A stretch of 64,000 nucleotides of DNA from the human T2T-CHM13v2.0 reference genome, Homo sapiens. The notes beneath the pieces are model-generated. The model was not told the DNA's origin and made no database searches. It saw nothing but the letters and a program-made list of their open reading frames with translations. The stretch lies in the NCBI RefSeq assembly GCF_009914755.1, contig NC_060936.1; one strand, 5' to 3'. Position 1 is the stretch's first letter, and each line of letters begins with the position of its first letter. Positions 27,605 to 42,429 of the stretch are shown here, one piece after another. The position numbers were made by a program, and so were the translations under genes.

Positions 27605-29302
27605 ACAGGGAGAACTCTTCCAAAGGCTTAATTGAAAAAGAAACTAATATAATGTAATCACAGATATGCAGCGTGTTTTAAAGGGGGCATGTGGACAGGC
27701 AAGCTAAAAGGGTTTCTGGATTTACACTTGCAAACTTATAAAGATTTAGGGATTAGAGATTGGAAGGTCTAATTGAGGTAGTACTTATTATTGGAAGCCT
27801 ATGCAAAGGTATTGGAATGGGGATTATTTTGCAATTGGAAGAATTAGTGAAATCCTTTAAGAGCGAAGGTTTCATTATATATAGGGTTTTCTGTATAATT
27901 TTGCTATTCAAAAATGGAAGTGCAGGTTTGAGATCAGAAACTGAACAGGCAATCTTTTAGTTAATTGTAATAAAACAGCTTTCTTTGGGAGAGTGTGAGC
28001 CATCATCCGAACGACAATTATGTGCTTAAAAATATTAACTCGGAATAGTGGCCTTGCTCACTTTAGGATAATCCATTGCATTCAGGAGGGGAGCAGCTCA
28101 GGGCTCTTTCTTGGGACTCTGCAGAGAATTCTTTCAAGGCTTATGCTGACTTTGTTTCCTGTGCCTGTAAAAGCAAAATGAGATTTTTAAAAATAAATCC
28201 AGGGCTGATAGTAAGTGCCTTCCTGCAAATGAGATTTGAGGGATGTGCAGGATGTTGTCATTGGAAAGTCACAGCAACATTCCTTTTTTATTTTCATGGG
28301 AAATAAACAAGGAATGGATTAGGAACACAGAGGTCATTGCTGAGTGTTCGATCTGTTATAAAACTCCAACAAAGTAGAAAGGGCATTGGGTGGGCATTGG
28401 GTGGGGCATCAGGGATCTTGGGTTCTTGTCCCAGTTCTTCTGCCCCCTTTGGGGACCCCACATGTGTTACTAACAATGTAGATGTTGGCAGTTTTCAAAC
28501 TACTCCTCTAAGCCGAAGCATGGGGGAAGGTCCTTGGACGGCGGTAGGGGGTCCCAGTAAACCCCACCCCCATCAGAGTGGCTCCTTGCTTATCTGTTTC
28601 ATATTTTTGGGTTCTGAGTAAAATTTTGTTAGAATTAAGTATTTCAGGGCTAAAACCAACAATTTTGCAGTTGACTACTTAGACTATTTAGACTATTTCT
28701 AAGGTCTCTTCCCAACTCAGATCTGATGCTATTAGCAGTTCTCAAAATCAATACACATTTACATGAGGGTTAAATCATAATTAAAATGAATAATTACTGT
28801 TCATGCAGTATGAACTGTCTGACATCTCTCCACCCCTCCATCCAGCACTCAAACATTTATTGACCAAATATTTATCTGAGCAAAGAGACAAATCTAAATA
28901 AGACTTAGTTCCTGCCTACAAATAACTTGCAATTTAGCAAGTGGTGACAGACCCATAATTGTTAGCTGTAATGCTTTATAATAATGGCTGTGGGTGGCTA
29001 GGAAAAAAAAAAGAGTAATTAGTTTAGGGGAGGTCAGGGAACTTGACAGAGGAAGGAACATTTGAGCTGGGCTCTGGTCATTTGTTCAGTTATTTAACAA
29101 GCATTTGTTGAATGGCTACTGTTTGTGCCAGGACTGTTCCTGTGCTAGGGAAACAGCAGGGGACAAAACAGACAATGATCCCTATCTTAATAGAGCTCAC
29201 GTTCTTGGCATAAAATTTATCAAGGGGCAAGGTTGGTGGCCCCACTGGCTCCTTCACCATCATCTCCCTCCCCTGCCCTATGATGCCTCAGAGTAAAGCA
29301 GC

Positions 29303-29304
<2 letters not shown>

Positions 29305-29350
<46 letters not shown>
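29305..29350. repeat. (TA)23 microsatellite
   Basis: Perfect TA run. Confidence 0.97.
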
Positions 29351-29353
<3 letters not shown>

Positions 29354-29597
29354 CTGATTATGAAATTAATTCAAGTGTATTATAGAGAATTTTGAAAAAA
29401 GGAACTTACTTCCAAAAAAAGTTACCCCAATCCCTGCCATATATATGCATATATATATGTATTTATATGTATATATCCATGGAAAAATAGACCAGAAGGT
29501 CAAGAGATTTTTCCTGGGTGGCAGGGATTAGGGATGAATTTTTTTGAAAGTAGGTCCCATATATATATATATGACTTTTTTTTAGAAGCGGGTCCCT

Positions 29598-30040
29598 TAT
29601 ATTATATATATTTACAAAGATATATTTTAAAAAGTTATCCCTCATATATTATTATAAATGTATACATTTATAAATAAATATATTATAATATATACATATA
29701 TGTAATACTTGTAATATATAATTACATATATGTAGTTATATATGTATAAATTATAATTATATATAAATATAAATAATAATATATAATATAATATATTATA
29801 TATTATAATAAATATATAAATAAATAGAATTATAATTATAAAAATTATAATAAACACATGCAAAAACAATATTACATATATGTTATATGTAATAGCATAT
29901 GTTACACATATATGTAATATATGTAATATGTACACATGTAGTATATACACATATGTGAATAATATATACATATGTTATACACACATATAATATATACACA
30001 TATATGTAAGATATGTAATATATGTGTGTATATATATTTA
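29598..30040. repeat. AT-rich low-complexity block
   Basis: Degenerate TA/TAA/TATG repeats. Confidence 0.9.
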
Positions 30041-31113
30041 CAAAGATGAAATCGTCAGGCTTACAGTGTATTTTGCTTTTTCCATGTAGCACCGAATCAT
30101 GGGCATTTTCTCATGTCATTCAGTTTTCTCTGACAACACTGTAATATTCCATCAGATGGATGTATTTTCATTTTGCCATTCTCCTTTGTTGAATATTTTT
30201 GAGAAAGATTTTCCCTTTTAAAAAAATGCCGTTTTTTTTGTAAACTAAACTTTTGTCTGAGTTTCTTAATGTCCCTTTCAGATAAAATTTCAGAGGGGCA
30301 ATTCAGAGGTTATAAACCTTTGAAGGCTCTTGATAAGTGTAACCAAATTATTTTCTAGAAGATTGTATCTATTGATGCTCCAACCAGCAGTGTGTGAATA
30401 TGTCCATCTTACTATATCCCAGCTCCTTTGATTAAGCTGTCATCCAGATTCCTGATGGAGCCTTCCTCTATCTCAACATTCATGCTTGCATTGAGTTTTT
30501 GGTCCATACTAGATTATAGGCTTCTGGAGGCCACAAACTGTGTCCCCAGTCCCTGGCGTATGACAGACTTGTAATAAAATAAATGTTTGTTGCATACATG
30601 CTTGCATGTCTGAATGAATGAGCCAAGGAAGGTAAGGAGAGGTTTCACTTGATCTGGGAAGAGAACAGAACTTTCTTCAGATGTCACAAAGTATCTTATT
30701 AATGGGCTTCCAGGGATAGGGGGATTCATGAATGGACAAGTAGCTTGCTGTAAAGCCACCTCCATACCCTCAGTGCCTGTCCAAGAGTCCTATAATAGAT
30801 CATCCTTAGGATTCAAATTCAATGAAAAGATACATTTTCACTGCTACTCACTAGGTACCCATTACAGGTGTTAAATCATTTAGTCTTCTCCACAGCCTGG
30901 CGAGGAGAACTGGCCTCATCCTCATTTTTAGGTGGGACTCAGAGAAGTTTTGTAATTAACTTAAAGTAACCCAGCTAGTAGTTGGTGGAGCTCGGATGCC
31001 CTGGCTCATCTGACTCAAAGTGCTCTAATAAGAACTTCTCTCTGCAAAGCGTGGGCTGGCATCTGCGAGAAAAATTTCTTTTTGTGATTTAGGAGGAAAA
31101 ACATATGGAGAAA

Positions 31114-31461
31114 CCCTATTGTCTGAATGCTGCGTCTCTCCCTAATTCATGTGTTGAAACCTAATCCCCAATATGAGGCTCTTAGAAGGTGGTGGTCTTT
31201 GGGACGTGATTAGGTCATGAGGGAGCCCTCATGAATGGGATTAGTGCCCTTATAAAAGAGACCCCAGAGAGACCCTCACCTCTTGTGCCATGGGAGGACA
31301 CAGTGAGAACCAGGAAGTGGGACCTTTCCAGACACCAAATCTGCCAGTGCCTCGATCTTGGACTTTCCAGCCTCCAGAACTGTTTGAGCAATAAATTTCT
31401 GTAGTTTACAAGCCACCTAGTGCAGGATATTTTGATATAGCAGTCCAAATGGACTAAGACA
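31114..31461 (+). mobile_element. MLT1A-like MaLR solo LTR
   Basis: aattcatgtgttgaaacctaatcccc...gccctcatgaatgggattagtgcccttataaaagag...gacttt ccagcctccagaactg...ggactaagaca. Confidence 0.88.
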
Positions 31462-33834
31462 AGGAACGATCCTTGAGCTGAAAGGAAAATGAACAATTGC
31501 TCTGCAGTTGGAAAGACACAATGATAGCTCTAGGAGGCATTGTGCACTCAATTGTCCTCAACTGATTGGAGAAAGGAATTCAGTTATGAGGAAGTTCATT
31601 TAGTGAGAAGGTCTAAGAGCTCTTCACATGTCTCCTATGACTCTAAGAAGGGTGATGGCTGGCAGCACCCTGAGAATGAAGCCTCTCCAGGGAGCTGTGT
31701 GTTGATGGGGCTCTCAAGTTTGGGAAGCAACCCCCCTAACAGGAAGTGGGGGTGGGAGACAGGGAGAGAAAAACCAAAGCAAACCCATAACTCAAACTGT
31801 ATCTTTCTTCTTGCAAAAGTGAAAGACATTGCTGATCGTTACACACACACACACAAACACACACGGCAGATGGAGCTTCCTGTGTAGTATTTCTGTTACT
31901 TATATCTCCAGAAGGAAGGCCTGGGTATATTTTAATTTTATTATTTTCTTTTCTTAAACATTAAAAAAATGATTTCCACTAGCCCATACCAGAGACCCCA
32001 AAATACACTGTAAGTAAAAATGTGATGTTTGCCACGTGAATGCAGTGCCAGCACCTCTCTTCCACCAGGTCCACGTCCCTAAGCCTTTTTATATCTGAAT
32101 TCTGGAGTCTCCACTGACCCCTTCCCCATAGTCTCTTTTATGTACACCCTGACTTCCCAGCAGCAGAGTGCCGAGATGGAAGCGGATGAGGGGAAGTGAG
32201 AATAAGTCTAAAATAGCTGTCTATTAGGTTTCCTGTTAAGTAGGATGTGGTCAGTTAGCTTCGGTTATCTGTAAGTCTAGTTCAGGCTGTTCCTGTTAAC
32301 AGCTGAGTATTCACGGGGCCCCAGAGCATGGAGGTGCTTGCCTGGGAAGGAAAGCAATTATCAGAAATGTTGGGGCCCAGTCACTACCTTGAGGAAAACC
32401 GGTGGGATTTAGCCTTTTGGGAAATAAAGGTGGTGTTCCCTGTGGCCATCAGCAGCAGTGGCAGGCAATTTCAAGAGCTTCAGGAGGTGACTGGAACCAT
32501 CTAGTCTCTGGTCATTTGGGGGATGAGATGACATGGTTTGGTTCTTAACACATAGTGGGAGAGGCAGTGAACTGGTGCCTTCATTCTAGGGGGTTATTGA
32601 AAAGGAGGTTTTTAAAACTGGAAATGACAACATGGAAGGAGCCTTTAAACAGTGCATGTCCAAGGCATGTCCAAGGAAAAGCCGTTTTCAAAAGAGTCAC
32701 CTGTCTTTACTTGGCATTTCCAAACTTGCCTCAGATATCTTTCTGAGGGACTCTTAACGTATTGGTAGAAATTGGATGCAACTCCTTCCTTTCCCAACCC
32801 AACTCAAATTGGTTTAAGCAAAAAAAAAGGGCCCCCCCTTTTTTTTGGCTCAGGGAACTGAGCCAAACTCAGTGTGGCAGAGACCAAGCACCCTAGCATG
32901 TGATTGTTCATGCTGTGTCTGTCTCCTCATGGTGGCAAGATGGCTGCCTGCGGTTCCAGCCTCCATCCTAGCCTTTCAGCAGTCCCAGTAGAAAGAGAGA
33001 GTACTTCTTTTTTCCAGCAGTTTCCACAAAAGTTCTGGAATGTAAAGTTCTTAAGGGCAGGGATTTTTATATTTTGTTTACTGTCATCCCCAGCTCCTAG
33101 AACGGTGCCTGTCCTACAGCAAGTGTTCAGTAAAAATCTGTTGAGTGAGCAAATCTCATTGGTGTGGCCGGGATCACATGCCCAGTTTGAGAGTAAGGTT
33201 GGGAGTGAGAGAAAGAAAACTGGAGATGCTCTTATCCAAGACAGGCATCAGATCTTGTTTTTCTGATGAATAACAACCAAGAGAGGCAAGAGGTAAAAAA
33301 TATATAATTAGATTTTAAAAAGTCTTGCACTCTTAGGTAGTAGGTAGTATGCTAGGAAGTTTTTTGCCACTAGGAAAACCTATTTGGACTGAAAATGGCC
33401 GCATGAACTTTTGATTCTGTTTACCTCCTGTTGCTAGAAGACAAATGTGTTCCTATGGCTTGAAGAAGCCACAGGACATATTTTTCTCATGTATGCATGC
33501 CACTTGTTGAAGATGGCTCACCACCATGTCTGCCTTCCTGCCAGTGGGAAGAGGGAGAGAGGTCCAGCGGAGGGCATTCCCCTTGGATCCATCACTTTTG
33601 CTTAAATCTCACTTAGCTCCAGCCATTTATGTCTGTGGGGGAGGCTGGGAAAGGTAGTCTTCATTCCGTGTGGTCATGTGCTAAACTTGTGTTTTCTTTA
33701 TTCTAAAGGAAGACAGAGAATGGATATTGGGGGTCAACCAGGAGTTCTGCTGCAAAAGGTTCTATACTTTAGTTGGTCAGTGCTCTGAGCCCCTGTTGAA
33801 TTCAGGCCTATCTTTCATAAACATCTGCTTAGTC

Positions 33835-34590
<756 letters not shown>

Positions 34591-34659
34591 TGCAGTCTGA
34601 AGGAACACATTTCTTGCCTTGACCCAGTAGGGATTCTTTCCAGTTGGAGTCAGGGGATG

Positions 34660-34750
34660 TGGCTTCTTAGCTTCACCCCTGTGCCGGGATGTGACTCAGC
34701 AGAGGTCACTTAACCTCTCTGTGCCGTACTTTCCAGCTATGAAATGGGAA
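34660..34750 (+). mobile_element. MIR fragment
   Basis: gtcacttaacctctctgtgcc...tgaaatggg. Confidence 0.65.
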
Positions 34751-35416
34751 GAGAGCTGCCTTTCTGCTCTGCTGTAACACTGCAAAGGTACAGCCTTTCA
34801 TGACTTCTCATTGCACCCAGAAGAGAAACCCAAATCCTTAGCCTGACTTCAAGGTCCCGCCTCACTGAGGCCTGCCTGGTCCCACTTCCTTGTTCCCCTG
34901 CCCAGCTGGACTTGCGCCACTCTGCCTTCTTTCAGTGCCTTATGAGCACCACACTCTTGCCACGTCACGAATTTTGCACTTGCCGTTCCCTGTGCTTGGC
35001 GTGCTTTTCCTTCAGGTCCCGTTTAATGTTGCTTCCTCGTATTGGCCTTCCCAGTTGGGTGCGCTGGAATAAGTTATCACTTAAAAAAAGTAATCTACTG
35101 TCATACTTTACAATTTTTAGAATTTGGCCCAGCTTTTTAAGCCACTGAAAGAAATGGTTTCAAAAACCAAACCTGGGTGCAGTCACCTGAGCCCACTGTT
35201 CCAGCTGGTGGCTTCCTTCTGTAGGGAGCGGTCATGGATTCTCTCACGCGTCGATGGGGGGCAACGATATCAGATATGGCAAAGATTGGCTAAGAAAGGG
35301 AAGGCATTTTTGGAGAGTGCTTTGGGGTTTCTGATACCTAAATGTCTCATCCAAGTGAATAGAGTATTTACTCGTCTATGACTTGAAAAAAGAATATCTT
35401 TTTGATGTTATTGTAA

Positions 35417-35816
<400 letters not shown>

Positions 35817-36712
35817 TAAAGAATGTATGGCTCTTTTTTTTTTTCCTATTCCTCACTACCTTCTGCCTTCCTTTCGCCTTCCCCCATCCCTTCTCTTTGC
35901 TGAAGACGGTGTGTCATCTGGGGTAACCCTGGGTATTTACGAGCCAGTGGAGGCTGCTCTGCCACCTGGGGCTGCTGGGCCCCAGAGCCACATCAAACAG
36001 GGAGCCCCCCCCCCAAAAATGAAAGGAGGCCATGTCAAATGGGCAGCTGGTGTTTACTTCTTTTAAGTTTAGGCACATCCTTTACATCCACACGGCTTTA
36101 TTTTTTAGGCAAGTGGGCTCACCACTTTCCTAGACCATGTGGCCACTGCCTCCCTTCCCTTTCCCCACCCTCAGTGTCATTTTGGCTTTTCCCACAGAGG
36201 AAAGGCTCACAGAACTCCAACGTGGTTCTGCTTGCTTAGATCGATGAGACAAGATTTTGGTCCTTTGAGCAAGGTAGGAGTTGTTGTAATAAGAGCTGAC
36301 AATTATGGAGGACCTAGTGTGTGCCCGGAGCTTCACACACATTGCCTCAAATTCTCACAACGGCCTCATAAGGTACATGTTACCTGGACAAAGACAGCAG
36401 CTCAGAGAACTCATTCCACTTACCCAAGGTTGCAGATTTCAACTCGGGCCCAACTCACTCCAGAGTCTGTGCATCCCCCCACTTAAGACTTTAATGTCTT
36501 AAAAATGTCCCCACTTCTTCTGTCTTTTAGTGGCTTCACGTCTGAAGTCTCTGCTTACTTTTTGGAACAGATGGTGGTTCTCATAGACTTGGCCCGGAGT
36601 CAGCATGGGAGAAAGTCATCCTGTCTGAAACAGTGCTGATTCGGGTCACCACAGATTCAAGGTTTCTAACCTTGGCTCTACTTAAGAACAACTTGGACAT
36701 CCTTTCATGTAG

Positions 36713-37177
<465 letters not shown>

Positions 37178-38079
37178 TGACTTTTTTTCATTGCACTCCA
37201 TTTGTCCATGCAGCAATCCCTCAGGATGTGATTCATTCAGCCTGCCAATTTTGGATAATAAGAGAAGAGAGTTCAGATACAAACTCCCCAATGTTACCTG
37301 CATCTCTTTGGTTCCTGCTTTTGGAGAGTAAGGGGTACCTGAGTTTGTTTTATGTCTCTTCTTCAGTATTCTGCTCCACAAGCTCCACGTGTACTTATTC
37401 CTCAGTACGCCCCCTTAGTGAGTTTGTTTATTGGGTGAGTGAAAGGAACAGATGAGTAGATGAATGACCCAGGTGAGGCCTGGGGTCGGGGAGGACTGTG
37501 GCTCTTCTTACCTGCTGTTGAAGCTGGCCTGGTGGAGGAGGCTGGAGGCAAAGGTGGGGACGTAGTCTCTGTAGCTTCTGCAAGTAGAGGGTCTGCTGCT
37601 GGGGTCAGGGAGGATCTGAACCTGGGCCTGCTTGACTCTACAGTCTGTTTGTTTCTACTACTGTCTGCGAAGGTCTGCTGTTTCTACTGCTACATAGTCA
37701 CCTGCATCTAGGTCTTCTTTTTGCCATTGTTGGGAATTGGCATAAGATGGAATGAGATTAGATGGCATCATGGTCAGAGTGACCCATTTCCTAATGGTTC
37801 CTCTCCTGGTTAGTGGCTGGAGTGGGCAACAGAGACAAGTCATCTTTCAGTGGGTCATTGCCAAGGAGGGAAAGACTGGGCTTGGAGAGCTGTGTGCTGG
37901 TTCCTGGGAACAGGCATCCTTGGCTTGAGATCACAAATGGGACAGCCCCATCATGACGATTCACGATCACATTAACATACTCAGTGCTCTGGGAAGTCCT
38001 GCCATTAAGAACCCCAGTTAACCCAGAATTTCTTAAACTTACACAACCACAGAATCTTTTTTGGGGACTGGAGAGGTAC

Positions 38080-38560
38080 CACTTCATTTATTCATTAAAT
38101 AGTTACTGAGCACCTACCCTGTGCAGATGCTATTCACACCTGAGATATGGAGGTGACAAGGCAGACCTGGCAAACTTACAATGTTCTCATCTATAAAATG
38201 GGTATACAGGAGTGTCTACCTTGCAGGGTTATGGTGAGGTCTACATTTAATGAACTAATGCAGGGTAAGTGTTTGGCACAGCCCAGGGACATTGTAAGTG
38301 GTCAGTGATACATATGTATGATTGTTATCACCCTAGTGGAGGATCAGATATTAAACAATTAAACAGGTACCTATTTAGTAACAATGGCGTTAAGTTATAC
38401 AAAAGAGAAGGACAGGGTGTCAAGAGAGCACATAGCAAGGAAACCTAATGAATGTTGGCAGGTGGGATGGCGGTAGTGGTCACAGAAGGCTCTCTCCTGA
38501 GCAAGCCATGCTGAAGCTAAGACATGAAGGATGTGGGGATTGTTGGAAAAGAGTGGGAAG
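38080..38560 (-). mobile_element. L2 fragment with a nested MIR (~38180-38330, + strand)
   Basis: ttcatttattcattaaatagttactgagcacctacc (L2 end); ctcatctataaaatggg...cagggttatggtgagg (MIR). Confidence 0.65.
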
Positions 38561-38789
38561 GGAGTGAGGCCTCCTTGCCTTGGGAATCATGGCCCGAATG
38601 TCAGGGGCTTACACACACGGGTGCCGTCTGGGGAGTTAAATTCTCTGGACTGTCTATTTCAGAATTAGGGAGGTAGGGGCAGGCTCTAGTAGGCTGTGGG
38701 GTCCAGAAATGAATGTCTTTAAAACTTACCCCAGAAATTTGGAGCACCCTTGGGAATATTTTTTGGAATTGCTGCTCCAGGACAGCGGG

Positions 38790-38930
38790 CCTCAGAGGTT
38801 CATGTGCTTAGAAATCACCTGAGTCTCACTCAAAATGCAGCCGTGGGGCCTGGGAATCTATTTAACAGACACATCCTGAGGCGATTCTGCTGCAGGAGGT
38901 TCCCCGACCTTGCTTTGAGAAACACATCTC
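38790..38930. mobile_element. MER5-type DNA transposon relic
   Basis: gggcctgggaatctatttaacag...gcgattctgctgcagg...ctttgagaaacac. Confidence 0.6.
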
Positions 38931-39639
38931 TGGAAGATTGACTCTTATAAAAAATCGGGAACACGAAGGCACGACAGCAAATGATTCCAGCAGAGAATAT
39001 ACAGGGGCACCTCTAGAGACTTTGTATTTGATCTTAGAAAGTACACAGTGGGCAAGAAGAGTGGTATGCAACCCCATGTCAGGAGGGCCACAGCTGCAGG
39101 GAGCGGGGCTCGGAGGAGCTGCAGATCCTAAGAAGGATCCACGACCTTTGGGAGCCTCGCTGTTTCTGGCCTTCTGCTCACCGCAGAGGGTGAACTGGCC
39201 ATCTGACACCCAGCTCCAACTTCAGGGTTGTTCAATGTCTGTGCAGTTGTGACAATGGCAGAAACAATCGGTTTAGACTTTCTCTGCAGAAGGTAGACTG
39301 ACTCGGGCACTTCTCTATGTTCCCTGACATTGCCAGTCTTAGGAATTGGTCGTGGGGAGCCTTGAATTCAAGCCCAAAGCAACTTTAACATTCATAACCA
39401 CAACGCATCTGTAATCAGCGGGACTTATCATGAGTTCTTGAGCTGCAAATGGAAACGGTGGAAACTGAACAGACCTCCTACCACAGACTTCCTGCTGATC
39501 CACCTGCCTCCTCCCTTCAGGGCCCCTTGGGTTGTAATCACTGATGCACCATTGTTAGGCGGCAGGGTGATTTAAGGTGAATTGGGCCTTTGCACGGCCT
39601 GCTTGGTTAAAAGCTGGAGCATAAGTCATCGCACCATTC

Positions 39640-39711
39640 TGTGTGCGTGTGTGTGTGGGCATGTGTGTGCATGTGTGCACGTGTGTGCCTGTGTGTGCCT
39701 GTGTGTGTGTG
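39640..39711. repeat. Degenerate (TG)n repeat
   Basis: gtgtgcgtgtgtgtgtgggcatgtgtg... Confidence 0.85.
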
Positions 39712-40910
39712 CCCATCTTCGTCTTCCTTCCCCTCCCAGCCTTCCCTGCCTGGGCTTTGGGGCTCCCTGTGCTGTGAATTTCACTTTGCTGGGTTACTTC
39801 CAGTGCATGCTGCTAGTCATTCTTGCTTGACCTTTAAATTTTTCTCTTTAGGGAAAATATGATCATTAGTCTGTGTTCTCCAGCAGATGTATACCAGTCA
39901 CGGGCAGTCTTCCTGCTTCACTTCACATCCATGGGGAAAAAGTGTTTTAAAGTCAGTGTGATTTTTTTTTTTTTTAATGACACAGAAATGAATATTAGAC
40001 TAGAGGGCCGCTCTGTCGAATGGCTGTTTGGACAGGAATCGGGGAATGCAGCGGGGTGCTCCCAGCTTTCACAAATGATGACTTCAGCTGTTTGGGGGTC
40101 TGACTTCTTGCCTGTTGGTGACACAGTGTGGCTGGACTGTGGGGTTCACCAGCCAGAACTTAATCCTGGGCTTCACAGCCCATGCATGCATGAGAGAGTT
40201 TGACAGATGTGGGCTGCATTTTCTGGTACGTCTGGATGGTGAGATTGTCTAGAAGGGTGTGTTTCTGGAACTTTCCAGTCAGGCTTCACCATGGTGAGTA
40301 TTTAATGACCACACACGAAAGCCTCATTGCCAGGGCCGCTCCCTGGCACAAACCGAATCATAGAATCATGGAATTTCAGAGCTGGAAAGAGCCCCTGAGC
40401 CGACTGAAGGGGAAAAGAACTTCCCTGGGAGTAGGAAGACCCAAATTCGGGGCTCCTGCCCTACTCCCATTGCAGCTGAACATGATTTCTGAAGGAAGAG
40501 CATGTTTAAAACGAAGGGGGGCATACTAGCCTTCTACCCTTTGTTACACAAATACATAATAGTCCAATTCAGCAATCCAACAGCGCAAGGCTTTTATAAA
40601 GAGGCATGCCCAGATAGAGTTAGGAATATACCAAAGCAAAGCACATTTCTGGTCTGAGATATTTTAAAGTCCTCTCTTGGTTTTCGGTGAATCCTTTGGT
40701 CGATACAGTAGACTTTATAAATGAAGAACACAGGCTTGCCAGATTATAGTTTCTGTCTGCCTAAAAATAGCCTTCTTTCCATCCCATGACTGTCAAGAAT
40801 TCTTGCTTGTAATAACCCCGTTATCAACATTACTAGACTCATAATAATGACTGTCTCTTCTTGAGTGCCTGATACATGCTATGCCAGGTGCTTTAGAAAC
40901 AATATGTTGG

Positions 40911-41227
<317 letters not shown>

Positions 41228-41556
41228 TAATACAGCTTTAGAGATGTTTTCATTGTCCTTATTTTACTGATGAGGAAGTTGGGCTTGGAGAGGTAAAGAT
41301 ATTTATCTGAGCTCACCAGCTGAACTTAGATTGCTGGCTCCTTTAAGAATCCTGTAAAAATGCATACGAAACAGTATGTACCTATTTTTTTTTTTTTAAA
41401 CAAAGTGGAGCTTCCTGGGTGAACATAGAGTTGCGTATCATTTAATTATTTGTATTCTCTTGCATGTCTCCTTGCGTGGTTAAAATACTGGTACATTTTT
41501 CTTTTTTTTTCTCTATTTTTTTTTCACAAGGAGATACCACTTCGTACATCTATTAG

Positions 41557-41790
<234 letters not shown>

Positions 41791-41991
41791 TGATTTTTTT
41801 TTTCTTTTTAATTAAGCTAGCTTGTTAGGGGCCCAGGGCTTCTGAGAATTGGCTTTGCACATGGGAACCACGTTCAAAGGACGGAGAAAGATGTTGCTGC
41901 CCAAGATGGCAGGTGCAGGTGAGGGTGCTGTGGAGGGTGAGGAGGTGCTCCACATGCAAAGCCCCTTGGGGAGCCTGAGAGTAGAGAGGTC

Positions 41992-42394
41992 TGTGTGTGT
42001 GTATGCATGTGTGTGCGTATGTGTATGCGTGTGTATGTGTGTGTATGTGTGCGTGTGTCCAGGTATGTGTATGTGTCTATGTATGTGTATGCATGTATGT
42101 ATGTGTGTATATGCATGTATGTGTGTATGCATGTGTATGAGTGTGTGTATGTGTGTCCGTGTATATGTGTGTGTATCTCTGTGTGTATATGTGTGTATGT
42201 GTGCGTGTATGTGTGTGTATGCGTGTGTATGTGTGTGTATGTATGCGTATGTATGCGTATGTGTGTATGTATGTGTGCATGTATGTGTGTGTGCGTGTGT
42301 ATGTGTGTGTGTATGTGTGCGTGTATGTGTATGCGTCTGTGTATGCGTATGTGTGTGTATGTGTGTATGTGTGCGTGTATGTGTGTATGTGTAC

Positions 42395-42428
<34 letters not shown>
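41992..42428. repeat. Compound (TG)/(TATG)/(TGCG) alternating purine-pyrimidine repeat (~440 bp)
   Basis: Near-continuous RY alternation; source of the HT- and CV-rich spurious ORFs. Confidence 0.96.
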
Positions 42429-42429
<1 letters not shown>

